In this document: positions 20,571 through 24,221 of the stretch, in pieces
How the letters are laid out: each line of letters begins with the position of its first letter
Position numbering within the stretch: the stretch's first letter is position 1
Source of the DNA: Chiloscyllium plagiosum
Taxonomy: Eukaryota
NCBI RefSeq assembly: GCF_004010195.1
Contig: NC_057719.1
Coordinates: 42,994,150 to 43,018,370, forward strand
Direction of reading: 5' to 3'
DNA length: 24,221 bases
The notes under the pieces: model-generated
Seen by the model: only the letters and a program-made list of their open reading frames with translations
What the model was told of the DNA's origin: nothing
Databases searched by the model: none
Program-made: the position numbers and the translations under genes

Positions 20571-21162
20571 AATACTTGTTTTTGATCCATTTAATTGTTT
20601 TTTTATTAGATCAATGTCCTATTCAAAGCTATCCACAAATGTGCTCCTCCTGTGCTGCCTTTTAAGGTTATGCTTGAAGAAGGAGGTCATCTGAGGTGTT
20701 GCCTCCAATTCCCTTATCTTGTGGTCACAGAAAGAATGGGACACAGTTCTCCAACACAGCTTCATATTAGATTTTTAAAAACTACTACACAAATTGTGAC
20801 AAAAGTATACATCTTGACCAATCCTGTCTTCCTATTCTCATACCCTTAATGCAGTTCTTCTAATAGGATACCAATTTCCTTTGTTGCCAATTCATGAGAC
20901 AAGACATTAGCTCATTGCACACTACCACAAGTGAGTGATACAATACACGAATAAATAATATATTGGTTTACAGAGCTTTGGTGTGTGTTCATATGTATGT
21001 ATAGGCTTACAGCATTGCTCAATATTTAATCAAGTGAATAAGTCTCTTCCTCAAACAATAGACACAAGTGAGCCTACTGAATAGCATCCTGTTTGTAATT
21101 ACTATTATCATTGCTTTCACATAGTGACAAAACCCAACAATATCCATTCAACATTTTCCATG

Positions 21163-21396
21163 CACAAGAATCTCAACACCATCTAGGACAAAACAATGTG
21201 TTTGATTATTAACTCTTTAATCACGTTCACCATTCACTTCCTTCACCATCAATCTACAGCAGCAGCAGTATCATCTACGAGCTTCTTTGCAGCAACTCAT
21301 CTGGGCTCCTTCAACAGCTCTACAACCTCAACCAACTAGAAGGATAAGGGCATCAGATAAATGAGAAGCTCATCACCAGGACTTCCCTACCAAGCT
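21163..21396 (+). mobile_element. Old CR1-like ORF2 C-terminal fragment
   Basis: caagaatctcaacaccatctaggacaaaaca is the reverse-complement homolog of 12851-12881 plus 13481-13510; also tgcagcaactca..ggctccttcaacagc..ctagaaggataagggca. Confidence 0.65.
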
Positions 21397-21835
21397 GTGG
21401 GGAAGATGGTAGATTTCTTCACCGAATAGATTATAGCTGTACACTACATTATTTTTAATCTGGTTCATTGAGTTTAACTAGTTGCCCTCTCCCAATGATT
21501 GTTGGAGATTGGGGCACTTAACTGAACAGTAGAATGCAGGCTGTAGTCCGTGTCATTATCCTGTCTCAGCAGGACAGGAAAACCCCAGTCGTGGGTGGAT
21601 GGCTGGACTCTAAATGCCAGCAAAAGCCATATGGTGCCAGATGAGCATCTGATTCAAGCAGAATGTCTGTAATCCTGTGTCACAATGTTCCAGACAGTTC
21701 TTTGAATCATATGATGTGCAACAAAATATGAGAATATGTAGCTGAATGCAATTTAGAGAACTTTGTCTAAGAAATATTTACATACTTTACATGGAATAAT
21801 GCTTGAGAGATGTTAGATGAATATGTTCAGCATTT

Positions 21836-22133
21836 GAAACAAAAACAGAAAATGCTGGAGAAACTCAGCAGGTCTGGCAGTATCAATAGAGAGAAAAGCC
21901 GATTTAACTTTCATGTCTGTTATAATAGTTCTTCTTCAGAATTGAAATGTGTTTTTTTTAATATGCTTTTGACAAAGACAGAGGCTGAGTGCAAAGGTCA
22001 AAGGGGTTGTTAATGGTGATAATCAAGAGGTGCAAAATGGGTACAAATTAAGGAATGAAAGTGAGCGACCACCACTACCAAACACACTTTCCCCACTCTT
22101 CCAGTGTCAGCATTTCAGTGACACCCTGGTCCA
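21836..22133. mobile_element. Penelope-like remnants: terminus on minus (21836-21945) and a probable ORF fragment on plus (22055-22133)
   Basis: aaacagaaaatgctggagaaactcagcaggtctggcag...ttcttcagaa (CTGAAGA on minus); accactaccaaacacactttcccc..tcagcattt..gacaccctggtcca (TTTKHTFP..SAF..DTLV). Confidence 0.6.
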
Positions 22134-22140
22134 AGTGCAG

Positions 22141-22160
22141 GAGACAGAGAGAGAGAGAGA
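22141..22160 (+). repeat. (GA)n microsatellite
   Basis: gagacagagagagagagaga. Confidence 0.8.
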
Positions 22161-22509
22161 ACCTGCACAGTTACTGCCTTTGTTGTTTTTGAATACATGT
22201 GACGCTGGACATCGGAGTGCATCTGGGAAAATTAACAAACAGTGAATTTCACAACTAATCTTGGAGGAACCGGTTTAGGCAAAGTTCACAACACAGAATG
22301 AGATAAGTTAATTATTGTTTAAGTCTGTCCAAGAGAAAGGCTACATTAGTGAGTACAGTGGGTTTTTTCTTGATTATATGTTTTTAGAGATAAGTCTCTT
22401 GATTAAACTTAAAATATAAGCCATAGCTATTAATTTAACCTGGTGCAGTGCTTTGTAGAGGAATAAGACGTTGTTATTTTCTGGGTCTGTAGATTGTGAA
22501 GGAGCAAAA

Positions 22510-23437
22510 ATGGCCTTTGCAGTGATATGTACTTCTTGTCAGATGTGGGAGTTTAAAGAGAGTTTAAGGATTACTGCGGATTATATCTGCCATAAATGCT
22601 GTTGGGTGCGAACCTTATCAGATCAGTGGATCGGTTGGAGAGACAGATAGAAGCGATGAGGAAATTGCAACAGCAACAGTATGTGATGGATGGCAGTTAT
22701 AGGAAGAAGGGAAAGTCTAAGATAGAGTCACATAGATGGGTTAACTCCAGGAAGGGTAAGAGAGGTAAGCACGTAGGGCAGGAGTCTTTTGTGGATATAC
22801 CCATTTAAAACAGGGATGTTGTTTTGGAAAATGTAGGGGGTGATGGATTCTCCGGGGAACATAGCACGAACAGCCAAGTATTGAGACTGGCTCTAATGCA
22901 AAGAGGGGTACATTGGCTTCCAAGAGATCAATTGTGTTAGGGGATTCTATAGTCTGAGGTACAGACAGACGTTTCTGTGGCCAGCAGAGAAAAAGCAGAA
23001 TGGTGTACTGTTTCCCTGGTGCCAGGATCAAGGATGTCTCAGAGAGGGTGCAGAATGTTCTCACAGGGGAGACAGGCCAGCAGGAGGTCATGGTCCACAT
23101 TGGAACCAACGACATTGGAAGGGAAAAGGTTGAGATTCTGAAGGGAGATTACAGAGAGTTAGGCAGAAATTTTAAAAGGAGGTCTTCACGGGTAGTAATA
23201 TCTGGATTACTCCCAATGTGATGAGCTAGTGAGGGTAGGAATAAGAAGACAGAGCAGATGAATGCATGGCTGAGGAGCTGGTGTATGGGAGAAAGATTCA
23301 CATTTTTGGATCATTGGAATCTCTTTTGGGGTAGAAGTGACCTCAACAAGAAGGATGGATTGCGGCTAAATTGGAAAGGGACTAATATACCGGTAAGGAA
23401 ATTTGCTAGAGCTGCTCGGGAGGATTTAAACGAGTAA
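22510..23437 (+). pseudogene. CR1 ORF1: zinc finger + coiled coil + SGNH esterase domain, disrupted
   Basis: MAFAVICTSCQMWEF...DYICHKC (CxxC..CxxC), VDRLERQIEAM, IVLGDSIV* (GDS at 22940-22948), CFPGA, VHIGTNDIG, VISGLLP, DGLRLNWKG; frameshifts and several stops. Confidence 0.9.
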
Positions 23438-23442
23438 GGTGG

Positions 23443-23953
23443 GTGAGTGGGACCCAGGGAGATAGTGAGGAAAGGGATCAATCTGAGACTGGTACAGTTG
23501 AGAACAGAAGTGAGTCAAACAGTCAGGGCAGGCAGGGACAAGGTAGGACTAATAAATTAAACTGCATTTATTCAAATGCAAGGGGCCTAACAGGGAAGAC
23601 AGATGAACTAAGGGCATGGTTAGGAACATGGGACTGGGATATCATAACAATTACAGAAACATGGCTCAGGGATGGGCAGGACTGGCAGATTAATGTTCCA
23701 GGATACAAATACTACAGGAAGGATAGAAAGGGAGGCAAGAGAGGAGGGAGAGTGGCATTTTTGATAAGGGATAGCATTACAGCTGTGCTGAGGGAGGATA
23801 TTCCCGGAAATACATCCAGGGAAGTTATTTGGGTGAAACTGAGAAATAAGAAAGGGATGATCACATTATTGGGATTGTATTATAGACCACCTATAAATTG
23901 AGAATCAAACTTGTAAGGAGATCTCAGCTATCTGTGAGAATAATAGGGTGGTT
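23443..23953 (+). pseudogene. CR1 ORF2 N-terminal apurinic-like endonuclease (APE) fragment
   Basis: CIYSNARGL, DIITITETWL, PGYKYYRKDR, GKRGGRVAFLIR, GLYYRPP; frameshifting deletion near 23895, then EIENQTCKEISAICENNRVV up to the SINE. Confidence 0.92.
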
Positions 23954-24221
23954 AGATTAGATTACATTACAGTGTGGAAACAGGCCCTTCGGCCCAACAA
24001 GTCCACACTGACCCACCGAAGCGCAACCCACCCATACCCCTACATTTACCCCTTACCTAACACTATGGGCAATTTAGCATGGCCAATTAACCTGACCTGC
24101 ACATCTTTGGACTGTGGGAGGAAACCGGAGCACCCGGAGGAAACCCACGCAGACACGGGAAGAATGTGCAAACTCCACACAGTCGGTCGCCTGAGGCGGG
24201 AATTGAACCCGGGTCTCTGGC
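23952..24221 (-). mobile_element. Young HE1/V-SINE; head runs off the window end
   Basis: (TAGAT)-type tail, intact V-domain, B box GGTTCAATTCC on minus, many CpGs retained. Confidence 0.95.

Larger units (their letters stand above)
22134..23953 (+). mobile_element. 5' part of a long CR1 LINE (5'UTR, ORF1, start of ORF2), interrupted by an HE1 SINE
   Basis: ORF1 and ORF2 remnants in canonical order; the 5' boundary is inferred from the end of the Penelope fragment. Confidence 0.88.

Noticed and set aside
166..22245. Most short ORFs in the supplied track as host genes
   Set aside because: They are 60-140 aa, lack recognisable domains, and many are off-frame or antisense readings of SINEs, LINEs or Penelope elements (e.g. 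1953-2354, 12966-13394, 15399-15617, 16473-16865).

Overview
Eukaryotic, CpG-depleted, repeat-dense DNA from an elasmobranch (shark) genome. The taxon is inferred from recognisable HE1/V-SINEs, HER1-type CR1 tails and shark-type Penelope termini. No intact host protein-coding gene, prokaryotic system, CRISPR array, or true tRNA/rRNA gene is supported, so it reads as intergenic or deep-intronic. Roughly half the window is transposon debris: a Tx1-clade 3' end, six HE1 SINEs, several other tRNA-derived SINEs, about ten CR1 fragments including the 5' part of a CR1 (zinc-finger + SGNH-esterase ORF1, APE ORF2), two decayed PIF/Harbinger transposase genes, and several Penelope-like remnants (one GIY-YIG fragment, and minimal hammerhead ribozymes with decayed cores). 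The most notable points are the hammerhead remnants hit in parallel by CpG decay, the Harbinger pseudogenes missed by the ORF track, nested insertions with visible TSDs, a 21-bp micro-inversion in a SINE, a tRNA-head/CR1 chimera, and an unclassified GC-rich element with internal repeats. I found no convincing novel multi-gene system. Family names come from recalled consensus sequences, not a database search, and boundaries are approximate unless exact motifs are quoted.
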